Shown here: positions 1 through 11,761 of the stretch, in pieces
How the letters are laid out: every line of letters starts with the position of its first letter
Position numbering within the stretch: position 1 is the stretch's first letter
NCBI GenBank assembly: GCA_964016885.1
Contig: OZ024746.1
Coordinates: 22,630,001-22,694,000 of the forward strand
DNA: 64,000 bases
Direction: 5' to 3'
Source: Eledone cirrhosa
Taxonomy: Eukaryota
Position numbers and translations under genes: made by a program
Notes under the pieces: model-generated
The model's input: only the letters and a program-made list of their open reading frames with translations
Database searches by the model: none
Told to the model about the DNA's origin: nothing

Positions 1-449
1 ATCTCCTCCACCCACACATACATACAACAGATACTTCCCCTTCCCTCATATATATGTGTGTGTATGTATGCATACTTCCAAATACACATACACTCACATA
101 CACCCACACACATGCATACACTCAACATGTACCTCCCTCTTTCATATATATGTGTGTATGTATGAATACATCCAAATGTACGTATGCACTCACATATACA
201 TGCACCCAATATCTACACAATCCTTCATATATCTGTGTATATGTGTGCAAACTTATAAATGTGCATATGCTCTCAGATACACATATACATATGCTCAAGT
301 GCACAAGCATACACACTTACATATGTGTGTACACTAGGATATATATGTGAATACAAACATACAGACACATGCATACACAAGCAAACAAATTCAGACACAC
401 ATGTGTTAACACAAATAAAAATGACATAAAACTTTACATGCAGAGATGT

Positions 450-580
450 ACATACATACATACATAGATATATACATACATACATATATATACATACATA
501 GATACATACATACATACATACATACATACATACATACATACATACATACATACATACATACACACATACATACATATATA
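450..580. repeat. (TACA)n microsatellite within CA/TA low-complexity DNA (1-580)
   Basis: Seen directly in the sequence. Confidence 0.9.
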
Positions 581-779
581 GTTCAAGGAAACAACAAACA
601 GATGAGCAAAAGTCTTATTAGTTTCATGCTTTTTATGCAAAAGGGGAAAGAAAGTTTGGCATGTCGGGATTTAGTCCTTAAAGAGAGAACAAATTTAGAC
701 TGGATCACAAAGGATAGATACAGAATATAAAAGGTAGTCCAAGTAAAAAATACATACATACCTACCTACCTACATACAT

Positions 780-1368
780 GGTGGCTGCCAACTCGTTTTT
801 GAGTACGGCCACTACTTTATATCCATGTAGGAGAACCCCTACCGATGCGCTGAACGAGTGTGACTTTTTAGTCCAGCCAGCGACTTGAAAACTCTGGTAC
901 AAACACTACACTTGTGACAATTATTGACACATAGTGCTGGGCCCATGGTACCATGTGACAAGTGCAGAGAGATCTCCAGATATAAAGCAATGCCTGTGCC
1001 GTGAAGCTTTTATAGTGAGCAAAGGCACTGCACAAAGCCAGTCCCACTCTCTTAACCAAAAAGAAGAACAAGTCAACATCATTGGATACCATCGGAGTTG
1101 CAGGTGTTATATCAGAGTTTTCCTTCTCCTAGAATTCTGCCTTGACAAAGGCTAAGGGGTCATCCCTCCCGGTGATTTTGGATGGCCATTGACTCTTAAG
1201 ATCTCCTTTGCCCTTTGACAGGTTTTGTTCTTAGTCCTGCAGGATCTCCAAAGTCACTCTCGTCACCAAGAAACCTTTGTGGGGTTGCCAGTTTAGTCGC
1301 CAACTACCCGACCATGGGACAGGTTGTACTGGAATACATGTTACCAGTAGCACCAACTGGTGACCTGA
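780..1368 (-). mobile_element. Non-coding repeat resembling the 5' region of an RTE-type LINE
   Basis: GC-richer block bounded by (CATA)n. The minus strand has ctaggagaaggaaaactctga, a motif I recall from RTE 5' UTRs (not verified). Confidence 0.4.
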
Positions 1369-1384
1369 CATACATGCATACATT

Positions 1385-2630
1385 GAATGTCGCATCATAT
1401 CTCTCCGACAACATCTACGAACCTTGAAGCGTGGGAGCCCGTTTCTCGAGCAAGTCTATCTGCATGAAACAGATAAGATCATGAGAGTTGGGAAGGAACT
1501 CCTCGAGAGATATTCCCTGTATGATAATCAAAAACTCACACCCAGGGATGTCGCTCAGCAGTATCGCAGTGAATCCATGGATGAAAAACTGCATGCCTAT
1601 CAGCCAAAAATCATGGATATGTTACCAGGAAGCTCCAGAGTGAGAGTAATATAGATAAGGAAAGTAGTCTATCTTGGACCCAAAACCGCTATATTGGCTC
1701 CCACTTTGAAGGATACGCTTTTGCAATCCAGGAACAGGAGATTAGCACGAAATACCTGATTCACAAAAGAGATAGGGATGCAGGCAAAACACCTAGATGT
1801 GATAACAAGTGCAGACTCTGCAGAACTAACATCGAGGATATCACCCATGTCATCAGCAGCTGTCCAAAGATGTCATCGCGGTACTATCTACCTATGAGGC
1901 ATGATGTAGTGGCCAAAACACTGTACAATGCAGTTCGTAAAATAGATAGCCCTGATAATAAACACATTAAAAGCTACAGCAATGTGGAAGACATCCATGT
2001 ACATAATATGAAAGAGTACTGGAGTTCCAGTAAAAACCCCAATAAAATGCAGGCATAACAGACCAGATATTATGATAGGGACAGGGAGAAGAAAACATGC
2101 ACAGTAGTGGAAATTAGCTGCCCAGCAGATGCCAATATAATATCAAAGATTAGTGAAAAGGAGAACATTTATGCAGAACTGATGAGAAATCTGCAGATAC
2201 TCCACCTTGATTACACCTTCAGATTTATGCCTGTGATTATTGGGACACTGGGATATGTTAGTAACTGCCTCAATACAAATCTTGAGAAGCTAGGCTTCAC
2301 AGGAACAGAAAGAACACAACTAGTTAGGAAATTACAAGTACAATCCATTAATGGAACAGTAAAAATATGTAAGACATTCCAAAAATGTTGCATCTAATAA
2401 CTGCAGATACACATATACAGATGCAAAACATATACATATGCACACATACAACTCAAAACATCCACAGCCACACATACAATAACATCCATATCTACACATG
2501 CATGCATACATACATATCTACCTAGTTGATGTTGTATAAATTCCAATGAGAGAGTCTTGTGTCTATGTTAGAAACCGACTCTCTCTCTATTGGTAAAACT
2601 TTGTGAAATTATAAAACCAGAACATACATA
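1385..2630 (+). mobile_element. 5'-truncated, frameshifted R4-like RLE retrotransposon
   Basis: Fragments AIQEQEISTKY, CRLCRTNIEDITHVISSC (CCHC), RHD, RPDI...VEISCPAD...EKENIY, PVIIGTLG in shifting frames; 3' end in acatacatac. Confidence 0.85.
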
Positions 2631-3854
2631 CTAAAAATCTATCTCATTAAGCCAGTGCTTATACTAGTTTCCATGATGTGAAGTGACTGAGAGTACAAGA
2701 CTGCCCCTAAAGAGGATGCCAATCCATTGCAAGGTTAAACCCACCGGTATTACTGGTAGTTATTTTCAGCTGGAGCAACATGAAATTAAGTGTTTTGTTC
2801 ACAAACACAACACACAACCCAGTCTAGAAATCGAACCCATGACATAATGATCATAAGTCCAATGTCCTTACCACTAAGCCACATGCCTACATACATACAT
2901 ATATATGCTCAGACACATTTGCATACACAGAGAGTCACACACAAACAAAGGTATGTGTTATAACTCTGTCTATATCAATGGCATGAGCTCTAGTTGTTTA
3001 GGCTACAGAACAGTCTGCTCATGAAATTAATGTACAAATGGCTAAGTATTCCATAATCATGTGTACACTTAACAAAGTTCTCAGGGAGATTCAGTGTGAC
3101 ACAATATGTGACAAAGCTGTACCTTCAAATTACAGATACACTCCTTTTTTTTCCAACTGGAACAATGTGAAATAGTTGTAAGAATCAACTAAATAATCAT
3201 AAGAAGTGACTAAAAGAGTTGGTGTTAGGAAACAAAAACACTGCCTCAAAAAGTCTCAGCTAACCCATGCTAGCATGGAAAAGTTGACATATGAATGATG
3301 ATGATGATGATGATACAGATACAAACACATGCACAAACACATACACACATACACACACATATATACATACATATATATGCACACATATTCACATAGACAC
3401 ACATACACACCCACACAAACACAAACACATTCACACTCACACATACACAATCTGATGCTCACACACAAACACAAATGCACACACACTCTCTGATCTCTAC
3501 ATACTTGACAGTAACATAGTTACATGACAATTGATAATATTTCCAAGGAGAAGTTAACACTCAATGATTAACATTCAGAAATATCATTAGTGGTGGTGGT
3601 GATGTTGGTGGTGGGGGTGTGTGGTACCTCCTCCTCATTATCATCACCATTATCATTATATTCACAATCACCATCATCAACATCATCATTATTTAACGTC
3701 TATTTTCCAGGTTAGCATGGGTTATATGAGCTGTCATGTCCTTTGGCTAGGCTAGTCAGGTGATCATGTCTTGTTTTCAACTTGGTTTCTATGGCTAGAT
3801 GTCCTACTTAACATCAACCACTTTACAGCATGTAGTGAGAGCATTTTATCATGC

Positions 3855-4660
3855 TCTGGTACTAACATTTTACGTAGTGGACTGAATATTTTTTGTTGTG
3901 ACACCAGCACTACCATCTTACAGGGTGGACTGGGAGCTTTTTGTTGTGACACCAGCACTACCATCTTACAGGGTGGACTGGGAGCTTTTTGTTGTGGCAC
4001 CAGCACTACCATCTTACAGGGTGGACTGGGTGTTTTCTTTGTGACACCAAGACTACCATCATACAGGGTGGACTGGGTGTTTCTGTTGTGACACCAGCAC
4101 TACCATCTTTCATGGTGGACTGGGTGCTTTTTGTTGTGACACCAGCACTACCATCATACAGGGTGGACTGGGTGTTTTCTTTGTGACACCAAGACTACCA
4201 TCATACAGGGTGGACTGGGTGTTTCTGTTGTGACACCAGCACTACCATCTTACAGGTTGTACTGGGTGCTTTTTGTTGTGACACCAGCACTACCATCTTA
4301 CAGGTTGTACTGGGAGCTTTTTGTTGTGACACCAGCACTACCATCTTTCATGGTGGACTGGGTGCTTTTTGTTGTGACACCAGCACTACCATCATACAGG
4401 GTGGACTGGGTGTTTTCTTTGTGACACAAAGACTACCATCATACAGGGTGGACTTGGTCTTTCTGTTGTGACACCAGCACAACCATCATACAGGGTGGAC
4501 TGGGTGTTTTCTTTGTGACACCAACACTACAATCTTACGGGGTGGACTGGGTGTCTTTGTTGTGACACCAACACTATCATCTTACAGTGCAAACTGTGTG
4601 CTTTTCATCATGGCACCAACACCACCACTTTATAGAGTGGGCTGGGTGCTTTTTGTAGTA
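3855..4660. repeat. 47-48-bp tandem array (about 16 units) derived from a SINE body module
   Basis: Unit acaccagcactaccatcttacagggtggactgggagctttttgttgtg; period 48 (3901 to 3949). Confidence 0.9.
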
Positions 4661-4724
4661 GGTTTAGAGTTGGGGGCTGGGGTTTTGGTTGATGTTGTTA
4701 CCATGATAGGGTAATAAAATATAG

Positions 4725-7152
4725 CCAGTGGTGGTGGTGGTGTTGTTATCCTGGTAGCTCAATATACCCAATGGTGGTGGTGGTGGTGTTGTTATCTTGA
4801 TAGCTCAATATACCCAATGGTGGTGGTGTTGTTATCTTGATAGCTCAATATACCCAGTGGTGGTGGTGTTGTTATCCTGGTAGCTCAATATACCCAGTGG
4901 TGGTGGTGTTGTTATCCTGGTAGCTCAATATACCCAGTGGTGGTGGTCTTATCTTGGTAGCTCAATATACCCAGTGGTGGTGGTGGTGTTGTTATCCTGG
5001 TAGCTCAATATACCCAGTGGTGGTGGTGGTGGTGTTGTTATCCTGGTAGCTCAATATACCCAGTGGTGGTGGTGGTGTTGTTATCTTGGTAGCTCAATAT
5101 ACCCAGTGGTGGTGGTGTTGTTATCTTGATAGCTCAATATACCCAGTGGTGGTGGTGTTGTTATCTTGGTAGCTCAATATACCCAGTGGTGGTGGTGTTG
5201 TTATCCTGGTAGCTCAATATACCCAGTGGTGGTGGTGTTGTTATCCTGGTAGCTCAATATACCCAGTGGTGGTGGTGTTGTTATCCTGGTAGCTCAATAT
5301 ACCCAGTGGTGGTGGTGTTGTTATCCTGGTAGCTCAATATACCCAGTGGTGGTGGTGGTGTTGTTATCTTGGTAGCTCAATATACCCAGTGGTGGTGGTG
5401 GTGTTGTTATCCTGGTAGCTCAATATACCCAGTGGTGGTGGTGGTGTTGTTATCCTGGTAGCTCAATATACCCAGTGGTGGTGGTGGTGTTGTTATCCTG
5501 GTAGCTCAATATACCCAGTGGTGGTGGTGGTGTTGTTATCTTGATAGCTCAATATACCCAGTGGTGGTGGTGTTGTTATCCTGGTAGCTCAATATACCCA
5601 GTGGTGGTGGTGGTGTTGTTATCTTGGTAGCTCAATATACCCAGTGGTGGTGGTGGTGTTGTTATCCTGGTAGCTCAATATACCCAGTGGTGGTGGTGGT
5701 GTTGTTATCCTGGTAGCTCAATATACCCAGTGGTGGTGGTGGTGTTGTTATCCTGGTAGCTCAATATACCCAGTGGTGGTGGTGGTGTTGTTATCTTGGT
5801 AGCTCAATATACCCAGTGGTGGTGGTGTTGTTATCCTGGTAGCTCAATATACCCAGTGGTGGTGGTGTTGTTATCTTGGTAACTCAATATACCCAGTGGT
5901 GGTGGTGGTGTTGTTATCCTGGTAGCTCAATATACCCAGTGGTGGTGGTGGTGTTGTTATCCTGGTAGCTCAATATACCCAGTGGTGGTGGTGGTGTTGT
6001 TATCCTGGTAGCTCAATATACCCAGTGGTGGTGGTGGTGTTATCTTGGTAACTCAATATACCCAGTGGTGGTGGTGGTGGTGTTATCTTGGTAACTCAAT
6101 ATACCCAGTGGTGGTGGTGGTGGTGGTCTTATCTTGGTAACTCAATATACCCAGTGGTGGTGGTGGTGGTGTTATCTTGGTAACTCAATATACCCAGTGG
6201 TGGTGGTGGTGGTGGTGTTATCTTGGTAACTCAATATACCCAGTGGTGGTGGTGGTGGTGTTATCTTGGTAACTCAATATACCCAGTGGTGGTGGTGGTG
6301 TTATCCTGGTAGCTCAATATACCCAGTGGTGGTGGTGGTGTTGTTATCTTGATAGCTCAATATACCCAGTGGTGGTGGTGGTGTTGTTATCCTGGTAGCT
6401 CAATATACCCAGTGGTGGTGGTGGTGTTGTTATCCTGGTAGCTCAATATACCCAGTGGTGGTGGTGGTGTTGTTATCCTGGTAGCTCAATATACCCAGTG
6501 GTGGTGGTGGTGTTGTTATCCTGGTAACTCAATATACCCAGTGGTGGTGGTGGTGTTGTTATCCTGGTAGCTCAATATACCCAGTGGTGGTGGTGGTGTT
6601 GTTATCTTGATAGCTCAATATACCCAGTGGTGGTGGTGGTGTTGTTATCCTGGTAACTCAATATACCCAGTGGTGGTGGTGGTGTTGTTATCCTGGTAGC
6701 TCAATATACCCAGTGGTGGTGGTGGTGTTGTTATCTTGGTAGCTCAATATACCCAGTGGTGGTGGTGGTGTTATCCTGGTAGCTCAATATACCCAGTGGT
6801 GGTGGTGGTGGTTTTGTTATCCTGGTAGCTCAATATACCCAGTGGTGGTGGTGGTGGTGTTATCCTGGTAACTCAATATACCCAGTGGTGGTGGTGGTGG
6901 TGGTGTTATCTTGGTAACTCAATATACCCAGTGGTGGTGGTGGTGTTGTTATCCTGGTAGTTCAATATACCCAGTGGTGGTGGTGGTGTTGTTATCCTGG
7001 TAGTTCAATATACCCAGTGGTGGTGGTGGTGGTGTTATCTTGGTAACTCAATATACCCAGTGGTGGTGGTGGTGTTGTTATCTTGTGGTGGTCTTATCTT
7101 GGTAGTTCAATATACCCAGTGGTGGTGGTGGTGGTGTTGTTATCCTGGTAGC
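4725..7152. repeat. Minisatellite, roughly 55-60 units of about 40-46 bp with a variable internal (GGT)n
   Basis: Unit cccagt(ggt)n-gttgttatcctggtagctcaatata. Confidence 0.95.
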
Positions 7153-7165
7153 ACAATCTGAATTT

Positions 7166-7598
7166 TCAGCTCAACCCCGTACTGCCAAACTCCTCCAACA
7201 AGATCAGAACCTTGGCGGTCCATCTGATGAGGGAGCCCCACGAGGTTGGGTGGCTGTTGCAGCGGGTCTCACTGGCCATCGTCCGCGGGAATGTTTTGCC
7301 GTCTTGTCTGTGGGGTGCAGCACTCCTACCCTCTTGCCTTAGGCCCAAAGCCCAATCACCCCCCCTCACCCCCTCCCTTCTCTGACACCCGAGCTCTTGC
7401 CGTCCCCTCTTCTTTCTGTTCTTTTTCTTCTTTCTTTTTCTCTTTTTTCTCTATATTTCCCTATTCTTTCTTTCCTTTTGTTTCCTTTTTTTTTTTATTA
7501 TTGCCGTCATTATAGTTGTCATTAACCCCCCACTGTCTGTGCCTTTGTATTGTCCCCTACATGTCGGCCCTTGTGGCCAATAAATGAAATCATTATTA
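7166..7598 (+). mobile_element. 3' fragment of a CRE-like RLE retrotransposon
   Basis: REPHEVGWLLQRVSLAIVRGN resembles the CRE C-terminal QR.S.AI.RGN motif; pyrimidine-rich 3' UTR ending aataaatgaaatcattatta. Confidence 0.6.
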
Positions 7599-7599
7599 C

Positions 7600-7800
7600 T
7601 GCGGTGGATTGGCAGTATCGGTAGGGGTCGGGTGCCATGCTTTGAAGCATAGAGTTAGCTCCCTTTATGATCTGAGTTCAAATCCCGCCGAGGTTAGCTT
7701 TGCCTTTCATCCTTACGGGGGTCGATAAAATAAAGTACCAGTAATGCACTGGGATAATTGCTGGCCTTGTGCCAAAAGTAGAAACAATTATTACTATTAT
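7600..7800 (+). mobile_element. Second tRNA-derived SINE family; copies near 15400-15592 (-), 37083-37300, 38730-38840, 47710-47860 and 48790-48980
   Basis: B box gagttcaaatccc; ctttgcctttcatcc...gtcgataaaataaagtacc core; (tta)n tail. Confidence 0.75.
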
Positions 7801-7834
7801 TGTTACTGTAAATAATATCATGTTTAAATAAATA

Positions 7835-7890
<56 letters not shown>

Positions 7891-7891
<1 letters not shown>

Positions 7892-10800
7892 CTTATGCTT
7901 ATTCATTTTTGGGGCCCTTTCTGCCCGTGTGTTTGTTTGTTTATGTGTGTCCGTATACAGCGTGGTGATAATGCCACACAAGGGCCAAGTGGGATGGCGG
8001 ATCCACAGATGGCTATGTAAACATACATTCGCCAATCCTCGATAAGAGTGTTTAAATATCGAACATAAACAGTTCGAATAACGGTGAAATGGAGACTAGA
8101 ACGTCATGTGACAGACTCTCACCCAACAGGTGCCCCCTGGCTCAGCAGCAGGAACCTGACTGTCAACGAAATACTGCTGATGTTGGAGGAAGAAGAAGAA
8201 GGAAAGGGGCCAGAACCAACTGGACGAAAGAATTGAATAGAACTGTTATGCAATGCTACCTGAAAAGTAACCCCAAGGAGAGGGGCTACAGGAGACGGAT
8301 TCATAACATCTGGAACGAGATTGGTTTATTTAAATTAGATGAACAAAAATTGGCCGGGCAGGCTCGGGTAATAAGAACTAATGGGTGGATAAGCGAGTTG
8401 GAACTGGAGGAACTGAGCAGAGAGAATGGCTTGGAGATGGCGGGTGTAGTATGCCAGACAAGCGAGCCGGCGGGAAATGAAGGTGAGGAGGTCCTGAGAG
8501 CGGAGGAACCACCCGAAGCAGACAATGATCTGAATACTGAGATAAATAATACCTGGAACAGAGATACGGCCACTGAGGAGATGAATGCTGACGGGCTAGG
8601 ACAAGATTCGGTTGACATCCTAAATTTAGTGGTAGATGAGTTGAACAATGATAGTGGGAGACCTATGAACCTAAGATTTGTAGACAGGAAAAAGTTAAAA
8701 GAAACAACAGCTAAGGTAAACAAAGTCATCCCATACCTTGAGGCGAGGAGTCTTCACCAGTGCAACAATATCCTCAAAGCAACAGCAAATACGGTGAGGA
8801 AACTGCTTGGTATAAAAGCGAGAGGAAACAACAGACAAGAAAGAGCAGAGCCGTGGTGGAAGAAGCGACTGAGTGGGCAAATCGGGGAAATGAGAAATGA
8901 CATAGGAAAGCTTGAGTCACTACTGAATGGGACACTAAAAAACATAGGCACTAAAAATAGACTGGAAATAAAATACAAAACTAGGAGTAAAAAGCTAAAT
9001 ATTATCATAGAGGAATTGAAGCAACGCATTGTAGCAAAGAGTGCCAAAATCAGGCGATACGAGAACAGAGTCAGTCAGTATAAACAGAACCGCATGTTCG
9101 ACAACAACCAGAAGATGCTGTTTGGACAGCTTGAGGGGAAAGAAAGAGGCACCGACTTGATCCCTGGGGCGGAACAAGCTAAAACATTCTGGAGAGGAAT
9201 ATGGGAGCAGGATGTTAGACACAATGCCCAGGCAGGGTGGATTGAGACAGTACAGAGGGAGATCGGTGAGCAGGCACAGCAACAGACTGATTTGAGTATC
9301 ACAGTTGAAACTCTTAAGGGGCAAGCCAAAAAACTAACCAACTGGAAATCACCAGGCCCAGATGGTGTGCAGGGGTATTGGATTAAACATTTAACATCCC
9401 TCCACCCGAAGCTGACGGCCATGTTCAATGACTGCTTGGTGTCGGGTGAGGTGCCAGAGTGGTTGACAAAAGGTACCACAGTTCTGATAATGAAAGACCG
9501 AATCAAGGGTAATGATGTTACCAACTATAGACCTATCACATGTCTGCCCGTAATGTGGAAACTGTTGACGAGCATTGTGTCTGAGGAAATCTACCATCAC
9601 CTCCACACAAACAACTTGTTGCCGGACGAACAGAAAGGATGCCGAAAGAAGTCACGTGGTACAAAGGACCAGTTGCTTGTTGATAAGATGGTAATGGGGA
9701 ATTGCAGGAGGAGACACACTGATCTTGCCATGGGATGGATAGACTACAGAAAGGCATTTGACATGGTGCCTCATTCCTGGATCACCAAAAGCCTGGAGAT
9801 CTTCAGGGTGGCAGATAACATCAGACAGTTGCTGGGCAGGAGTATGGGGTCCTGGGAGACAGAGTTGACATCAACTGGAGTATCCTTGGGAAGCGTGAAG
9901 ATCAAGAGAGGTATCTTCCAGGGAGATAGCCTGTCCCCTCTGTTGTTTGTCCTTGCCCTGATGCCCTTGACCATTATGCTGCGAAAAGTGAGAGCAGGAT
10001 ACAAGTTGGGAAGGGGAGAGCTTACCATCAATCACCTCCTCTTCATGGACGATCTTAAGCTCTTCGGGAAAAGTGAGAAGGAGTTGGATGTGCTTGTTGA
10101 CACTGTCCGTATTTTCAGCAGTGATATATGTATGCAGTTTGGTATTGGTAAATGTGGAGTCATTGTGATGAGGAGGGGTAGGTTGAGCAGAAGTAACGGG
10201 ATCCAGATACCAACAGGTGAGATGATAAAGGAAATTGACTCTGAGGAAGGATACAAGTATTTGGGCGTTCTGGAGGCTGATGGCATAAAGAACAAAAAAA
10301 TGAAGGAATTGTTAAGAACTGAATACATTCGGAGAGTAAGGAGCGTATTGAAGTCACATCTGAACAGCAGAAATGCCATAAGCGCAGTAAATTCCCGAGC
10401 TGTGTCTATTATTAGGTACAGTGCGGGAATTCTGAGATGGAATGTTGCTGAACAAAAAGAAATGGATAGGAAGACTAGGAAGCTATTGACTATCTACAAC
10501 ATGTTCCACAAGAGGAGTGATGTCGATAGACTCTACCTAAGGAGATCTGAGGGTGGAAGAGGTCTTATCAGCATAGAGGACTGTGTTCAGATGGAGAAAA
10601 ACAACCTATACAAATACGTGACCTATAGTAAGGAGCCAATGCTCAGAGCTGTACTGAAGGAGGGGACAGTAGGCCAGGGGATACCCAAGGAGGAAATAAC
10701 ATCAAGGAGGAAGAGCAGCCTTAAGGGAAAATCCCTTCATAGTACCTTCTTTGAGAAAACTGAATTTAGAGATCCACAGACATGGAACTGGTTGAGAAGA

Positions 10801-11555
10801 GGAGACCTCAAAAAGGCTACAGAAGGAATGCTAATGGCTGCGCAGGAGCAGGCCCTCAAAACGAAGTGGTTGAAGCACCATATCTACAAGGAGGAGGCTA
10901 GCCCACTGTGCAGGATCTGTGGAGAGAGAGAGGAGACTGTGGCTCACATTGTGTCCGAGTGTAAACACCTAGCCCAGACCCACTATAAGGGCTGGAGACA
11001 CGATGTGATGGGCAGGGTGATCCACTGGCACCTGTGCAAAGTAAACAATCTACCACATTCTGAGAAATGGTATGAGCATAGGCCAGAGGCGGTGATGGAG
11101 AACAGTCAGGTGAAGGTGCTGTGGGATTTTAGGATACAGACGGACAAAAAACTGGAACACAATAGACCTGACCTGGTGGTTGTGGACAAAGAAAAAAGAT
11201 CGTGCCTGATTGTGGATGTGGCCTGCCCGTTCGACACGAGAGTGCAAGAGAAGGAGAGGGAGAAAATTAACCGATACCAGGACCTAAAGTGGGAGGTGAA
11301 AAGGATTTGGAACTGCCATGAAGTCAAAGTGATCCCGATTGTCATAGGCGCACTGGGGACTATCTCCAAAGGTTTCCAGGGATGGTTAAAGAAAATCGGC
11401 CCCTTCACGCTTTTTGGAACGCTTCAAAAGGCATGCTTGCTTGGAACGGCAAGAACCCTCCGATACGTCCTGAATATCTGAGGCTGCAGGTAGTGGCTTG
11501 ATATTCAATCCAACGGACTTTCCAGTTAACCAACATCAATGACTGAGATTCAAGG
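7891..11555 (+). mobile_element. Full-length R4/Dong-clade non-LTR retrotransposon inserted in a (TAA)n microsatellite
   Basis: Single long ORF flanked by (TAA)n on both sides (about 7843-7890 and 11556-11582); about 200-nt 5' UTR and 75-nt 3' UTR. Confidence 0.9.
8089..11481 (+). CDS. Retrotransposon polyprotein: Myb-like N-terminus, reverse transcriptase, CCHC knuckle, restriction-like endonuclease (1130 aa)
   Basis: KSPGPDG, NYRPITCL, IDYRKAFD, GIFQGDSLSPLLF, LFMDD, YKYLG; CRICGEREETVAHIVSEC; RHD; RPDLVVVD...VDVACP...EKINRY; PIVIGALG. No stops. Confidence 0.95.
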   Translation: METRTSCDRLSPNRCPLAQQQEPDCQRNTADVGGRRRRKGARTNWTKELNRTVMQCYLKSNPKERGYRRRIHNIWNEIGLFKLDEQKLAGQARVIRTNGWISELELEELSRENGLEMAGVVCQTSEPAGNEGEEVLRAEEPPEADNDLNTEINNTWNRDTATEEMNADGLGQDSVDILNLVVDELNNDSGRPMNLRFVDRKKLKETTAKVNKVIPYLEARSLHQCNNILKATANTVRKLLGIKARGNNRQERAEPWWKKRLSGQIGEMRNDIGKLESLLNGTLKNIGTKNRLEIKYKTRSKKLNIIIEELKQRIVAKSAKIRRYENRVSQYKQNRMFDNNQKMLFGQLEGKERGTDLIPGAEQAKTFWRGIWEQDVRHNAQAGWIETVQREIGEQAQQQTDLSITVETLKGQAKKLTNWKSPGPDGVQGYWIKHLTSLHPKLTAMFNDCLVSGEVPEWLTKGTTVLIMKDRIKGNDVTNYRPITCLPVMWKLLTSIVSEEIYHHLHTNNLLPDEQKGCRKKSRGTKDQLLVDKMVMGNCRRRHTDLAMGWIDYRKAFDMVPHSWITKSLEIFRVADNIRQLLGRSMGSWETELTSTGVSLGSVKIKRGIFQGDSLSPLLFVLALMPLTIMLRKVRAGYKLGRGELTINHLLFMDDLKLFGKSEKELDVLVDTVRIFSSDICMQFGIGKCGVIVMRRGRLSRSNGIQIPTGEMIKEIDSEEGYKYLGVLEADGIKNKKMKELLRTEYIRRVRSVLKSHLNSRNAISAVNSRAVSIIRYSAGILRWNVAEQKEMDRKTRKLLTIYNMFHKRSDVDRLYLRRSEGGRGLISIEDCVQMEKNNLYKYVTYSKEPMLRAVLKEGTVGQGIPKEEITSRRKSSLKGKSLHSTFFEKTEFRDPQTWNWLRRGDLKKATEGMLMAAQEQALKTKWLKHHIYKEEASPLCRICGEREETVAHIVSECKHLAQTHYKGWRHDVMGRVIHWHLCKVNNLPHSEKWYEHRPEAVMENSQVKVLWDFRIQTDKKLEHNRPDLVVVDKEKRSCLIVDVACPFDTRVQEKEREKINRYQDLKWEVKRIWNCHEVKVIPIVIGALGTISKGFQGWLKKIGPFTLFGTLQKACLLGTARTLRYVLNI

Positions 11556-11667
11556 AATAATAATAATAATAATAATAATAAAAATTATAGATTACCACCT
11601 GTCACAATTTCACTCTATTTAAAAACTCATGTTTTACATGATATGGTTCTGCATGTCTTTAATAACA

Positions 11668-11727
11668 CCAGCCATCATCATCATCATCATCATCATTACC
11701 ACCTCCACCACCATCATCAACACCACC

Positions 11728-11761
<34 letters not shown>

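Noticed and set aside
54-730. Short ORFs rich in Y/I/H/T/C/V, here and throughout the window
   Set aside because: Artefacts of (TA)n, (CA)n and (TACA)n repeats.
4725-7152. Repeat array with variable-length inserts, superficially CRISPR-like
   Set aside because: The variable part is only GGT copy number; there are no unique spacers and no cas genes, and the context is eukaryotic.
7891-8088. HDV-like ribozyme in the R4/Dong 5' UTR (ggccctt/aagggcc pairing)
   Set aside because: Only one helix is evident; I could not place P1.1, P3 or the catalytic J4/2.
8119-11408. Multiple antisense ORFs inside the R4/Dong ORF, and likewise in the Helitron and RTE ORFs
   Set aside because: Shadow frames of long coding sequences with no motifs of their own.
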